The notes below the pieces were generated by a model, which had not been told where the DNA came from, did no database searches, and saw nothing but the letters and a program-made list of their open reading frames with translations. DNA of 64,000 nt, taken from Scenedesmus sp. PABB004 (Eukaryota). The stretch lies in the NCBI GenBank assembly GCA_014905635.1, contig JABVCE010000003.1:1550001-1614000 (forward strand). Reading direction: 5' to 3'. Position numbers and translations under genes: made by a program. Positions 24,685-37,108 of the stretch are shown here, piece after piece (the first letter of the stretch is position 1; each line of letters begins with the position of its first letter).

Positions 24685-27600
24685 TCAGCCCGCCCGGCTC
24701 AGCCGCTTGCACGCCGCCTTGTGCTGCGGCCAGTGCGCGGTCTGACACTGCGAGCAGGTGGCGGCGCAGCGCGCGCGTCAGCAGCGGTGCAGGCGCTGAG
24801 CTGCGCTGGGCCCCCGCCCGCAGGCGCCGCACCTCCTTGCAGCAGTAGCGGGCGGCCTTGCAGCCGCTGCAGCGCGAGCCCTTGCCCATGCTCCCCATCG
24901 AGGTGCAGGTGGGGTTGTTGCAGTCGGCCAGGGAGGGCAGCACGCACTCAGCGCACAGCGCCTGCCCCAGCCGCTGCAGCGCCGCCGCCTGGCCCGCCGC
25001 GCCGCCAGGTTGCCCCGCCGGCTCGCCCGCGCCGCCCAGCTCGCTCTGCGCTGCCTCCAGCGCGGCACGCGCGCGCCGCGGCAGGCCCGGCGCCGCCTGC
25101 AGCAGGCGTGCGGCGGCAGCGCTGCACTCCTCCAGGGCCGCTGGCTCGGGCGGCGGCGGCACGGGGGCGCCGCGGCCGATCGCGCCGGCAGCTGCGCGCT
25201 GCAGCTGCGCGCCAGCGACCAGCAGGGCGCGCCCCACCAGCACCGCCGCCAGCTGCTGCAGGCTCTCCGCGCCCAGGGCGTTGGCCTTGGCCCCGCTGCG
25301 CCGGCTGCTGCTGGCGGTGCTGCTGCTGGCAGCGCTGCGAGCCTGCTGCGGCGCCGCGCCCGCCGCACACGCCAGCGCCGCACCAGCGCGTGCGGCAGCA
25401 GCTGCGCCGAGCGCGACGCGCGCGCTGCACGCAGCGCCCTGCGGGGCGTCCAGCCGGTTGAAGGCGCTGGCCGAGCACCTGAGCGCGTACAGCAGCAGCG
25501 CCAGCAGCGCGAGCTGCTCCTGGGAAGTGCTCGCGCTGCGCCCGGCTGCGCTGCCAGGCGGCGGCGCCGCCGCCTGGGCAGCGGCGTGCACGACCGACAG
25601 CGCCCCGCACAGCTGCTCCGCTGTCTCCGCCGCTGCCGCCGCTGGCCCCGTGCACTCTGGGTGCGCAACAGCGGCTCTGTTGATGGCATCCACGAGCTCC
25701 TGGTGTGTGTCGTAAAACTCACCATCCGATGCGCAGAGCCAGTGGAAAGCTGTGTTCTGCTCCTCGGTGTCGCCCTGCGCCGCCAGCGCGCCCACCTGCA
25801 CAGCCCTCACCAGCGCCTCCAGGCTGGGGCCCACGAGCGCCACGTCACCCTGCAGCGCGCCTGCCAGGCTGTCGGGCCCGCCTGCAGCAGGGCGGGGCGG
25901 CGGGGGTGGGGCGGCGGCGGCTCAGGAGTCACACTGCTGGCAAGCTGCCCTGGCGCGTATGTGCGTGCGCGCCCTCACCTGCGCGCAGCGCGCGCAGCAC
26001 GTCGCTGGCCAGGCTGCCCAGCTGCCTCTGCACGTGCGCCAGCACCAGCCCTGAATCGGCTCTGCCCCGCACAGCCTGCGTCAGCTGCGCAGCTCCAGCC
26101 CGCTGCGCAGCGCGTGGGCGGCCGCTGGGCCCAGCAGCAGGAAGGCTGTGCTCGCCGCCTCGCTGGCTGCCACGTCTGGCGGGGAGCCGGCAGGTGACAG
26201 CGCGTCCAGCAGGGCAGTGCAGGGCGCCAGCACGGCCAGCTCCGGCTTGAGCGCCAGCAGCTGCACCGCCGCCAGCATCAGTGTGCCCCGCAGCGCTGCC
26301 GCTGCCTCGGCCTGGCCGCTGGAGGCGGTGCTGGCGCCGGCGTCGCCTGGCTGCTCCGCCGCCGTCGCCATCAGGCGCAGCACGGTGGTGGCGCCGTCGA
26401 ACGCACACCTGCAGTTGTTGCTGCACCGCCTGAACGCCTCGTCGTCGCTGTCGTTGTTCACGCGCGTGATGTGGACCAGCGCGGGCAGGCCCCGCGCGCC
26501 AAACAGCTCGTCGTGCCAGGCCGGCACCGCCAGCGCGCCGGCGCCGCCCCCCGCCGGCCAGCCAGCCACGCTGCGCTGGAGCACATGCAGGTCTCGGGCG
26601 GCGATGCTGAGCAAGGCGCACGCGCACGCCAGCACGCTGGGCGCCGACGCCAGCTGCTGCAGCAGCGCGAGCGGCAGGCCCGGCGCACGGGTGCTCGCCG
26701 CGCCGCCGTCAAGCGCGGGGCTGGCGAGCTTGCTCAGAAAGATGCAGCTGGCCTGGCTGACGACCGTGGCGGCCTCAACCACAAGGCCCCACGACCTCTT
26801 GCCCGTGTCGTCCAGGTCGTGCGGCCAGCGTGTGGCGCCGCGCCGGCTGGCCCGCTGAGCCGCTCTGCCGCCGCTGCCGCCGCCGCCGCCGCTGCCGCCG
26901 GGCCTGCTCTCCCACGCGTGCAGCGCTGCTAGCACCAGCTCTGTCACCGGCTGCAGCGCTGACGCCAGCTGCCTGTCCAGCGAGCCGAGCGGGGCAGGGA
27001 GCACGCCCGACTCGCATACGAGGCCGCAGCGCAGCATTGACACCCTGCCCCACAGGGCCGCCGCGTACACCGCTGCAAGCAGGCTGGGGGCCAGCGGCGC
27101 CAGCCGCAGTGGCGACGCCGGGTGGAGCAGCTCCTGCTGCGGCGCCGCGGCGCCACCCTGCTGCTGCGCGCCAGCCGCGCGGATGAGGGCCGCCAGGCAG
27201 GGCGCCGCTGCGCCGAGCGCTGGGATGAGGCCTGAGCGGCGGCGGCGCGGCGGGGCAGTGGGGGAGGGCCGACTGAGCATCCACCGCGCGCAGGCGAGCT
27301 GCCCGCGGAGTCCCCGCCGCGCGCACCTGCAGCGACGGCGTCCGAGGCGAGCCACGCCTGCCAGCCCGGCTCGCTCTCCGCCATCGCCCCGACACACAGT
27401 GAATACAGCGACGCGGCGCCATGACTGACCGCCAGCACCGCAGCTGCCGCCATCTGGGGGTGGCGCAGCCCCTTGCAGGCGTCTGAGCTGCAGCCGTCTG
27501 AGCTGCCGGCGCAGGTCGCGAACAGGCGCAGCGCGCGCGCCACGCCGTCGGTCAGCGTGCGCCCCAACGCCAGCGAGTCGTGCCCCAGCGGCTCTCCCTC

Positions 27601-27807
27601 CCTGGAACCCAACACAGCGTCGAGCAGCTGATTCATGCCGTCTTGGAGCGGGGCGAAAGAGCAGCAGAAGCAGGCGGGCTCGCCGCTCTCTGCGGCGGCC
27701 TCTCCGCGAGCCAGGAACTCGAGCGCGACCTCCATCGGGCACGGCCAGTGGCCGCAGGCGCAGGTGATCCTCGCGCCCGGCCGCTCTCGCGGCCCAGAGC
27801 GAGGCAT
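24685..27807 (-). pseudogene. MYND zinc-finger gene, copy 2 (same apparent frameshift near 26081)
   Basis: Mirror copy of 15675-18785. Confidence 0.65.
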
Positions 27808-28394
27808 GGCAGCTGCTGCCGCCCTCAGAGGGCGGCGCTGCTGCTGCGCCCACGCCGGCCTGCCGTGCGCGCGCCTGGCCGCGGAGAGGCACGCGGCGTG
27901 ACCGCTGAGCTTGATGGCACCGGAATGCGGGCGCGTGGGCCGGCCGCGAGGCGGCGGGCGGGCGCGGCGGCCGGAGCAGCGGCCGGGGATGCCTCCGCGG
28001 CGGGCCTGGCGCAGGCCTGGGCGCCCGCCAGCCGAGGCGTGCGCGCGCGGGCGAGGAGGCCGGGGTCTGCCCGAGCGCGGGAGCGGGCGCCGACGACCAG
28101 CCAGTCGCACCGCGCGGCGGCACCGTCACGGCGCCAGGTCTCAGCGGCGGTGCGGGCGCGCGCCCAGGCGCAGCGCGCGCGTGCGGCCTGCGCCGACGCA
28201 GCCAGCGTCCCCGGCAGCTGCGCGCACGCACACTGCTGCAGCGGGCCACGCGCGCCCCGACGCGCTGCCGCAGCCAGCTGAGGGTCGCCGTGCTGCTGCA
28301 GGCTGGGCGCGCGCGCTGCTGCTGCTGCGCCCGCACCGCTGCGGCCCGCCAGCACGCGCGCGCGCAGCGTTGCTGCTTTCCAGGCCGGGGTGGT

Positions 28395-28410
28395 GGTGTT
28401 GAAAAACACC
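28395..28410 (-). terminator. Histone mRNA 3' stem-loop (H2B copy 2)
   Basis: Same hairpin. Confidence 0.9.
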
Positions 28411-28496
28411 ATTTTGAGGGGGGTTGGCCGCCGCCGCCGCGCCGCGGCTGGCACAGCGCGCGCGTGTGGCACAGCCGGGTGCCGCCGGGGGCGCGC

Positions 28497-28862
28497 TTAG
28501 GCGGAGGTGAACTTGGTCACGGCCTTGGTGCCCTCAGACACGGCGTGCTTGGCGAGCTCGCCGGGCAGGATGAGGCGCACGGCGGTCTGGATCTCGCGCG
28601 AGGTGATGGTGGGCTTCTTGTTGTAGCGGGCCAGGCGGGAGGCCTCGCCGGCAATCTTCTCAAAGATGTCGTTGATGAAGCTGTTCATGATGGACATCGC
28701 CTTGGAGCTGATGCCGGTGTCGGGGTGCACCTGCTTGAGCACCTTGTAGATGTAAATCTTGTAGGTCTCGGCCTTGGAGACCTTCTTCTTCTTGCCCTTG
28801 CCGTCGGTGGTCTTCTTGGCGGGCGCCTTGGCCGGAGCCTTCTCAGCGGCCTTGGGGGCCAT
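28497..28862 (-). CDS. H2B: Histone H2B
   Basis: Identical protein to 14620-14985. Confidence 0.99.
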   Translation of the reverse strand: MAPKAAEKAPAKAPAKKTTDGKGKKKKVSKAETYKIYIYKVLKQVHPDTGISSKAMSIMNSFINDIFEKIAGEASRLARYNKKPTITSREIQTAVRLILPGELAKHAVSEGTKAVTKFTSA

Positions 28863-29167
28863 GGTGCCGGGCTGGTGGGGGGTGCGGGGGGTGCGTCTGG
28901 GTGCGACGAGGGCACGGGTTGGGCGCCGGGGGGCGGGGCCGGGCCTTTTGTAGGGCGGGGCGCGGGGCAACAACGTGCGCGCCGCACTCAGCTCAGCTCA
29001 GAGCGCGAGACCGCCCCGCCTGAGCTCGAGCCGTCGCTGCCGCCCGCCCGCCTCCTCGCTGGCGTGGGCGCGTATATGAGCGCCCTCACGGGCCCGCCGC
29101 CGGCAACACCGCTGTAGCAGCGACCCAGCACCCCGCAGTCAACCCCCACCCCGAATCAGCAGCCACC

Positions 29168-29557
29168 ATGTCTGGGCGCGGCAAGGCGGCCGGCAAGGCC
29201 AAGGGCAAGGCGGTGTCCCGCTCCTCCAAGGCGGGCCTGCAGTTCCCCGTGGGCCGCCTGGCGCGCTACCTGAAGAAGGGCCGCTACGCCGAGCGCATCG
29301 GCGCGGGCGCGCCCGTGTACCTCGCGGCGGTGCTCGAGTACCTCGCGGCCGAGGTGCTGGAGCTGGCCGGCAACGCCGCGCGCGACAACAAGAAGAACCG
29401 CATCATCCCCCGCCACATCCAGCTCGCCATCCGCAACGACGAGGAGCTCTCCAAGCTCCTGGGCACCGTGACCATCGCCTCCGGCGGCGTGCTGCCCAAC
29501 ATCCACACCATGCTCCTGCCCAAGAAGGGCAAGAAGGGCGAGGCCGCCGCCGAGTAA
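29168..29557 (+). CDS. H2A: Histone H2A
   Basis: Identical protein to 13925-14314. Confidence 0.99.
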   Translation: MSGRGKAAGKAKGKAVSRSSKAGLQFPVGRLARYLKKGRYAERIGAGAPVYLAAVLEYLAAEVLELAGNAARDNKKNRIIPRHIQLAIRNDEELSKLLGTVTIASGGVLPNIHTMLLPKKGKKGEAAAE

Positions 29558-29671
29558 ACCGGCAGCGACGCCCGGCCACACCCGGTGCTGCTGCTCCGGC
29601 AGTGGCGCCAGCCGCCGCGGGCGCCGCGCCACTGGCCGGCCGCCCACGCGCGAGCGCACCCAAAAAAAAAT

Positions 29672-29687
29672 GGTGTTTTTCAACACC
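29672..29687 (+). terminator. Histone mRNA 3' stem-loop (H2A copy 2)
   Basis: Same hairpin. Confidence 0.9.
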
Positions 29688-30340
29688 ACCAACCCCCCGG
29701 AAAGCCTCGGCTCCCCTGCGCGCCACGCTGCTGCGTGAGGGCTGCCGCCTCGTGCTGCGTGCCTCACTGCAGCTGCCTGCGCGGCGCTGCCAGCCCGCAC
29801 TCGCCAGCTGAGCTGAGGGCAGGCGTGAGTTGTTGACTCTGGCACGCGCCCGCGCACTGCTGTTGGTGCCGCCGCCGGTCACCGGCGCGCGTCTGCCGTG
29901 ATTACGTCGGGCGCTGCGCCGCGAGCTCAGCAGCCGGCGCGCAGCGCACGGCACGCCAGAGCCAGCGGCGCGCGCGAGGCGCCGACGCGCGCACCGGCAC
30001 ACCATCGCGCAGCTGCAGCTGCAGCGCGCGGCGTCAGCGGGCAACCTGCAGCACGGGGGCTGCGGCGGCCGGCGGCGGTCGCGCGGCAGTCGGGCGGCCG
30101 CGGCGGCGCTTGGCGCGGCGCCGCGCTGCGCCGCCGGCGTCCAGCAGCGGGCTGGCAGGCGCCACAGAGCGCAGCGCCCCACGCCAACGCCGCCGAATAC
30201 GCGCGACAGCACCGCGCCGTCGGCACGCGCGCCCGGCGCCCACGCTAATCAAACAGCCAACAGCGCTGGGCGGCCCGGCCCGGCGCCGGCCTGGCAGCGT
30301 GGGCGTTCAACGATGATGGGGCGGCAGCCGCGGGTAGCGT

Positions 30341-31744
30341 TCAGCCGCCGTCAGCGTCGCTGGCGTCGCGCTGTCCGCCGCCACTGCCGCCGCCGCAGCG
30401 CAGCACGATGTCGGTGCGCGGCCAGGGCAGCTGCGCCAGGCGCTGCGCCAGCGCCTCGTACGGCGCCGCGCGCTGCTGGTTGGTGAGGGCGGACGCGCCG
30501 CTCGTGCTGCTGAGCACCCAGACCTCGGTGTCGCGCGGCAGCGGCCAGCCCGGCGGCAGCGCGCCGGGCGGCTGCGGGCCCAGCGCCACCGCCGACGAGG
30601 CCGTGCGCGCCGCGCCGCGCAGCGCGCCGGCGTCGCCCAGGTTGAGCAGCTCGACGTAGTGCCGCTTGCCTGTGAACGCGACCAGCGCCGGCGCGCCGCA
30701 CGCGCCGCACGCGCAGCCTGCGGGCGAGACGCCGGCGCGCGCCGGGGAGGCGGCGGCGGCGGCGGCGGCGGCGTGAGGGCGGGGGCGGCGCGCCACGCGC
30801 TGCCGGCCTCGCACGGCGCGCCGGGCCGAGCGCCGCACGCCGCCGCGGTCGCGCGCGGTCGCGCGCGCCCACCTATGCTCGCCGACGCCCTGCGCGCGTG
30901 CGCTGCCAGGCGCGCGTAGAAGCCGGCGCGCCAGCGCTGGAAGTCGGCCGACGTGAAGCCGGAGCTGCGCGGCGCGCGCGGCAGTCGGCGGGGCGCAGCG
31001 CGCGGCCGCGCCGGCGGCGGCGGCGCTCCCCCGCGCCCTCCGCGCATGGGCCTGCGCCCGCCCCGGTCGCCGGTGCGTGCGTTATGTCCGTCCCTCCGTC
31101 CGCACCTGTCCGTCCCGGGCTGGCCGGCGCCGACGTCTGTGAAGCCCACGCCCGCGCCCGCGGGCAGCGCGTCGTCCGCCGCGGGGCCGCTGGCGGGCGG
31201 CGCGATGCCGACGGCGCTGAGGATGCGCCACATGTGGTTGCCGGGGTTTGAGTAGTAGTGCCCTGCGCGCCGCCGCCGGGCGCGGGCGCGGGCGCGCGGG
31301 CGCGGGCGCGCCGGCAGCGGGTGCACCGGCAGCGGGTGCGGCAGCTTGAGCGTCCGCGCGCCGCCGGGCCGGCCGGCGCGCCACCCAGCCCCGGACGCAC
31401 CTGACATCCATGCGTGCTCGCTGGGGTTGTGCCCAACCAGCATGAGCCGCAGCGGCGCGTCCCCCAGCTTCTCGGGCAAGCCGCCGGGGGGGCTAGGGAA
31501 CTCTTGATCGGTCCGCGCGCGCTTGGCGGGCCGCACCGCCGCGCCAGCAGCCGGGCGACCCCGCGGCGCGGCGGCGGCGGCGGCGGCGGCAGGGCGGGCG
31601 CCGGCCTGGAAGGCGAAGGCCTGTGGGCACGCGCGGCGCGCAGCAGCGGCGCAGCGAAAGCGGTCGGGCCGCTGCCGCGCGCCACGCCCGCCGGCGCTGG
31701 TCGACGCAGGCGGCGACACCACGCACCTCAAAGGGGTTGGCCAT
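30341..31744 (-). CDS. MUG/TDG-family (UDG family 2) mismatch-specific uracil/thymine DNA glycosylase, ~5 exons
   Basis: LRLMLVGHNPSEHAWMS|GHYYSNPGNHMWRIL (cf. GINPG...GHHF...NRFW), GVGFTDV, LVAFTGK, VWVLSSTSGAS (cf. PSSSG). Confidence 0.85.
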
Positions 31745-32230
31745 GAGCGCAGGGCGCGCCGTGCGGCTGCGCCGGCGGCGGCGCGCGCTGCCCGACGTGC
31801 GCAGTGCGGCGGCGGAGCGGGCGGTCGCTGTCGTCCGACGCGGCGCTCGCCAGTCGCTCTCCCGCTTCACCTGCGCGACGCAGCCCGCAGGCGCGTGGTT
31901 ACGACCGCCCGGACAACATCACGCCCGCTCCCCTCCAGCTGCCGGGCGGCGCCCGGGGGCGGTCGGCAGCGCGGGACGGGCAGCAGGCAGCGCGCCGGCA
32001 CCGGCAGCCACCCCAAGCCAGCGCGCCGGCAAAGGCGTGTCGCCAACTGCACGCCCCCGCGGCCGCACCAGCCCGCCGGCGGTCAGCGCCGCCTGCAGAC
32101 GATCGTTTCGCGTCGCGCTCCGCAGCGGGCGCAGACCAGGCGCGCCTGATCGGCGCCGCGCACGCCGCGGGGCGGCCGATCCCCGGACTCAACCGCGTCC
32201 GTCGCGCCTGCGGGCCACGGGGGCGGCACC

Positions 32231-35041
32231 ATGCCTGTCTTCCTGCTGCGGTGAGTCCGTGGTCAATGCGGCTCCGCGCCCAGCGCCAGCGCGCCAGCCA
32301 AGGCGCCGGGCTCTCGCCCGGCCCGCCCCTCGCGCAGCTCTCCCCTGCCTCCGCCCGGGCGGCGGCGCGCGCAGCTCGGGTGCCTGGCCCGCCGCGCCGA
32401 CGCCGCCCGCCGACGCCGCCGCGCCCGCGCCGCCGCGCCCGCTGCTGCCGCTGCTGCTGCTGCGCCGCCGCCGCCGCGCAGCTCGTACTGCGAGGCCCAG
32501 GAGCTCTACCGCAGCGTGACCGTGCCCGCCAACACCAGCGGCACGCCGCGCCTGGTGGTGTTTGACGCGCCCGGCGCGCTGCGCACGTTCCTGCGCCCCG
32601 CGCGGCGCGGGCTGATGTATGACTTTGCGCAGCAGGCGGCGCGCGTGCGGGCGATGGTCCGCGCGTTCAAGGCCGCCGGGTACGAGCTCGTGGTCTTCCT
32701 CGACTGCGCGATCCCGGACGACAAGCTCACCACCTGGTACCGCCGCCGGTGCGCGCCGCGCGGGCCGCGCGGAGCCGGCGGCGCCAGCAACGGCGGCGGC
32801 GGCAGCAGCGCCAGCGGGCGCGACGCCGAGCGCCGAGCGCCAAGAGCCGCCGTCGGCTCAACCGCCCACCGCCTCCTCCGCGCCGCGCGCAGGGCGGTGG
32901 AGGCCGCCACGCTGCGCAAGCTCAACGCGCACCTCACCGCCGACCCGCCCAAGGCGAGCGTGCCGGACGGGCTGTGGCTGCCGCCCAACGGCGCGCTGCA
33001 GCTGCTCGGCGACGCGTTTGCCGAGGCGGGCGTGCGCGTGTTCCACAGCTTTGACGACGCCGACCGCGAGGCCGCCGCGTGGGCGGCCGCCAACGACGCG
33101 TACGCGGTCATCACCGACGACACCGACTTTCTCTGCCACGACGGCGTCGCGCGCGTGTGGGCGGCCAACGTCAAGCTGCCGCCGCCGCCCAAGCCGGGCA
33201 TGGGTGCGGCGCCGCGCGCGCGCGCGCGCGGGGCGCGGGGAGCGCGCCGCCGCCGCGCCACGCCGCGCTGCCAGCGCGCCGCCCACGCGCGCCGCCCGCC
33301 CGCGCCGCCCGCGCCCGCGCCCGTGCGCAGCCTCCGCGCCCGTGCCCGCGGGGGGCCCGATCCGCGTGAGCGAGCTGCTGCGCCCCGCGCTGCTGGCGAG
33401 CCTGGGGCTCAACCAGGCGCAGCTGCAGCAGCTCGCGGGGCTGCTGGGGAACGACCACATCAAGCACATCGCCAAGGACCGCGTGAGCGCGCTGCGCGCC
33501 GCGCACCCGGGGGAGCACGTTGTGTCGGTGCTCGCGCGGCACGTGCTGGAGCTGCAGGTCCCGCTTGGCTTCCCAGCGGTGCCCATCCCGCCGCCGCCGG
33601 TCCCGATCGACCCCGCCGTGCGCGCGGCCGTCGCGGCGGCGGTCGCCGCGGTCGGCGGCCGGCCGCTGCCCAAGCCCAAGAAGGGCGGCGGCGGCCGCGG
33701 CGGCCGCGGCGGCGGCGCCAGCGGCGCCGCCGGCGGCGTTGACCCGGTGGTGCGGGAGGTCGTGGCGGCCGCGCTCGCGCGCGCGGTCGCCGCGGCCGCG
33801 GGCGACGCCAAGGAGGCCGGCAGCGACGCCGAGGACGAGGGCAGCGCCGGTGAGGAGGACGAGGAGGCCGCGGCGGCGGCCGAGGAGGCCGCGCTCGCCG
33901 ACGCCAACGGCGGCGCCGACGACGCCGGCGCCGGCCGGGCGCCGCCCGCCGACGACACGGCGAGCCTGGTGGAGCGCTGCCGCCGCGCGATGGCCCAGTA
34001 CGCCTCGGACGGCGTCGCGCCGCCCGTGGCGGTCGGCAGCGGCGACCGCTGGCTGCTCGCGAACCGCGGCGTGCTGCTGCGCGGCGTGGGCGTCGAGGAC
34101 GCGAGCCGCACGCCCGCGCACGTGCTGCTCGCGCCGCTGCGGCTCGCCGTGTATGCGGCGCTGGGCCTGGGCGCAGTGACCGAGTACCTCTGTGTCCCGG
34201 ACGAGAAGTGGAAGGACTGGGCCGCGGGGCGGCGCGTTGAGGTGCCGGCGCCGCCGCCGAGCGGCAAGAGCAAGCGCTCGGGCGGGCGCAAGGAGCGCCG
34301 TGGACGCGGCGGCGTCGACCCCGCGGTGCGCGCGTGCGTCGCGGCCGCGTTTGCGGCGGTGCTGGCGGCGCACGGCGTCGCGCCGCCGGCGGCGGCTGAG
34401 CCGGCGGCGGCCGACGGCGCCGAGCCGGCCGCGGCGGCCGACGCGGCCGACGACGCGGCCGAGCCGGCCGGCGACGCGGCGGCGGCGCAGCCCGCGGCCG
34501 AGCCGGCCGGGGCGGCTGAGCCGGCCGCCCCGGAGGGCGGCGACGCCGGCGACGACGGCGTCGACCCCGCGGTCCGGCGCTGCGTCGCGGCGGCGCTCGC
34601 GGCGGTGGTGTCGCGCGCCAAGCGCCGCGAGCCGCCGCCGTACGAGCCGCTGCCCAAGGCGCTGCCGCAGAAGGCCGCCGAGCTGGCGGCCTTCATCCTG
34701 CGCCGCCTGCGCGCGCTCGACCCGCGCGCCGAGGCGCTGAGCGCCGCGCACGAGCGCGCGCTGCTGCTGCAGGCCAGCCACCGCCGTGCGCTGCTCGACC
34801 TGCTGCGCGTGCGGCCGCCGCGGCTCGCCGCCGCGGCGCTGCCGGACCTGCACGCGCTCAACCTCTTCCTGCAAGGCTACGTCACGCTGCACGCCGCCGC
34901 CGACGGCAAGCTGCCGCGCGTCAACGCCGTCCTGCTGGTCGAGGGCTTCCACGCGCTCGCGCAGCACCCCGACCTCGCCGACAAGGTGCGGCGCGGCGCG
35001 GCGCGGCGGGGGCGCCGCGCTGGCGCTGCGCGGGCGCGCGC

Positions 35042-35081
<40 letters not shown>

Positions 35082-35851
35082 GCCCGGCCTGTTGCGCTGA
35101 CGCGGCGCCCGCCCGGTTTCGCGCGCGCAGCTGGCGGCCTGCCCCAGCGACATCGACGCGGCGCGGGAGCCGGGCCGCGCCGCCGGGGCACGGGCGGGGC
35201 TGGCCGCGGGCGGGCGCGGCGCGGGCAGGCAGCCCGGCGCCGGGCCGCGCGGCGGCCTCGCCGGCGGCGGCCGCGGGGCGATGCAGCCCGGCGCGGGCCT
35301 CGCCGGGCGCGGCGCGGGCTGGCGCGGCGGCGCGCCGCCGGGCGGCCGCGGCGAGTACGGCGGCGGCGGCGGCCGCGGCGGCCGCGGCGGCGGCGCGCAG
35401 GCCGGCTTTGGCGCCAGCTTTGGCGCCGGCTACGGCGGCGGCGCGCCGGCGGGCGGGCGCGGCGCGCGTGAGGGATACCAGCTCTATCAGGCGGGCCCGC
35501 AGCAGCGCGGCGAGCAGCCGACATGGCAGCAGCGCCAGATGCGCGGCGTCAGCGCGCCGCCGCAGCAGGCGGCCGGCGGCGGCTACGGCGGCGGGCAAAA
35601 GGGCGGCGGCGGCTACGGCGGCGGCGGCGACGGCGTGTACGGCACGTACCAGCAGCCGCAGCCGCAGCAGCCCCAGCGCCAGCCGCGCGGCGACGGCTAC
35701 GGCGGCGGCGGCGGCGGCGGCTACAACGGCGGCGGCGGCGGCGGCTACGGCGGCGGCGGCGGCTATGGCAGCGGCGGCTACGGCGGTGGCGGCGGCGGCT
35801 ACGGCGGCGGCGGCCACGGCTACAACGGCGGCGGCGGCGGCGGCGGCTACA

Positions 35852-35886
<35 letters not shown>

Positions 35887-36040
35887 TACAACGGCGGGTC
35901 GTACGCTGCGCAGCAGGGCGGGGGCCGCGACGCGGCGCAGGATGGCAGCGCCGGCTTCTGGGACACGCCCGCCAGGAGCTCGCACGGCCAGGGCTACCAG
36001 CAGGGCGGCGGCGGCGGCGGCTACGGCGGCCGCCAGCAGT

Positions 36041-36072
<32 letters not shown>

Positions 36073-36402
36073 TACCAGCAGCACGGCGAGCGCGGCGGCG
36101 GCGGGGGGTACGCGCAGCAGCCCTCGCAGCAGGCGCCGCGCGAGGTGGCGTACGGCCGCCAGCCCTACAGCCAGGGCCGCGCCGCCGAGGCGCCGAGCCA
36201 CGGCAACGGCTACACGCAGCCGCCCTACACCGGCGCGCGCGCGCCGCCGCCCCCGCGCGGCGGCGGCGGCGGCGGCGGGGGGCAGCCGGAGGGCGAGGCG
36301 CAGAGCGGGCTGACGTGGCAGCAGCAGGCGCTCATGGGCGGCGGCGGCGGCGGCGGCCGCGCCCGCCGCGGCAGGGGCGGCGGCGGCGGCGGCTGGGAGT
36401 GA
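32231..36402 (+). CDS. PIN/XPG-like nuclease-fold protein (FAM120/Asteroid-like) with long Gly/Tyr/Gln-rich RGG tail, ~5 exons
   Basis: LVVFD, LVVFLD...K..TW.RR, DDADREAA, AVITDDTDF, LAGLLGND acidic PIN motifs; splices 32251-32481 and 34986-35130 keep the frame; GGYGGG/GGRGG tail. Confidence 0.72.
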
Positions 36403-36610
36403 GGCGGCGCAAGCGACGGCGGGCGATGACTGCGCGGGCCTGCAGAACCGGCTCGCGGCGTGGGGGAATGAAGCAGCCGCACGGCAGCGGCGGCGCCGAG
36501 TTTTGATCGTGCGCACGCACCGGCGCATGCGCTTGACAGAGCACTCGGACGGGCGGGCTTGGGGGGTAACAAACAGGGGGTGCTTGCTTCGCCGCCCCGG
36601 TCTGCGGCCC

Positions 36611-36923
36611 CGCGCAGCGGCGGCGCAGGGCTCAGCGCGCCGCCCGCCCGCGCGCTCGGCGGCCGCGCCCTCCCCGCCGCGCCGAGGCCCGCCACCAAAG
36701 CGCCCACCGCCACCCCAGCCGCGCACCCGCGCCCGCCCGGCCCGCCGGCACCGCCCCGCACACGGCGCACGCGGCGCCGCCAGCCCGCAGCAGCACCGCC
36801 CCGGCCCCTGCGGGCGCCTGCGGGGTGGTCAGAGCAGGCAGGGAGCTGGAGCGTGCGTAGAGACCGGAGCGAGCGGCGCGGCGGCGAGTCGCGGCTTCGG
36901 TGAGGCGAGGCGGGGGCGAGTTG
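36611..36923 (+). repeat. Dispersed repeat family A copy
   Basis: ~310 bp clearly alignable to the reverse complement of 59955-60295. Confidence 0.85.
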
Positions 36924-37108
36924 AGAGCAAGAGCAGCACCCGCCAACCCGCTCGCCGGGCGGGCGCCGTGGCGAGCAAGGCCCACCAATGCCCGCAGACA
37001 CGACTGAAAAGCACCTGTGAGCCCGGGCGCGAGCCGGAGCGGCGCGCAGCCGCCGCGGCGGCGCGGTCATCGCGGTCAGCACCCGGCGGCGGGGCCAGCG
37101 CTGGCGCC

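Noticed and set aside
36855..36866. GTAGAGAC upstream of BBS2 as an RFX X-box
   Set aside because: Only a half-site; it is part of repeat family A, also found at non-ciliary genes; RFX factors are not known from green algae
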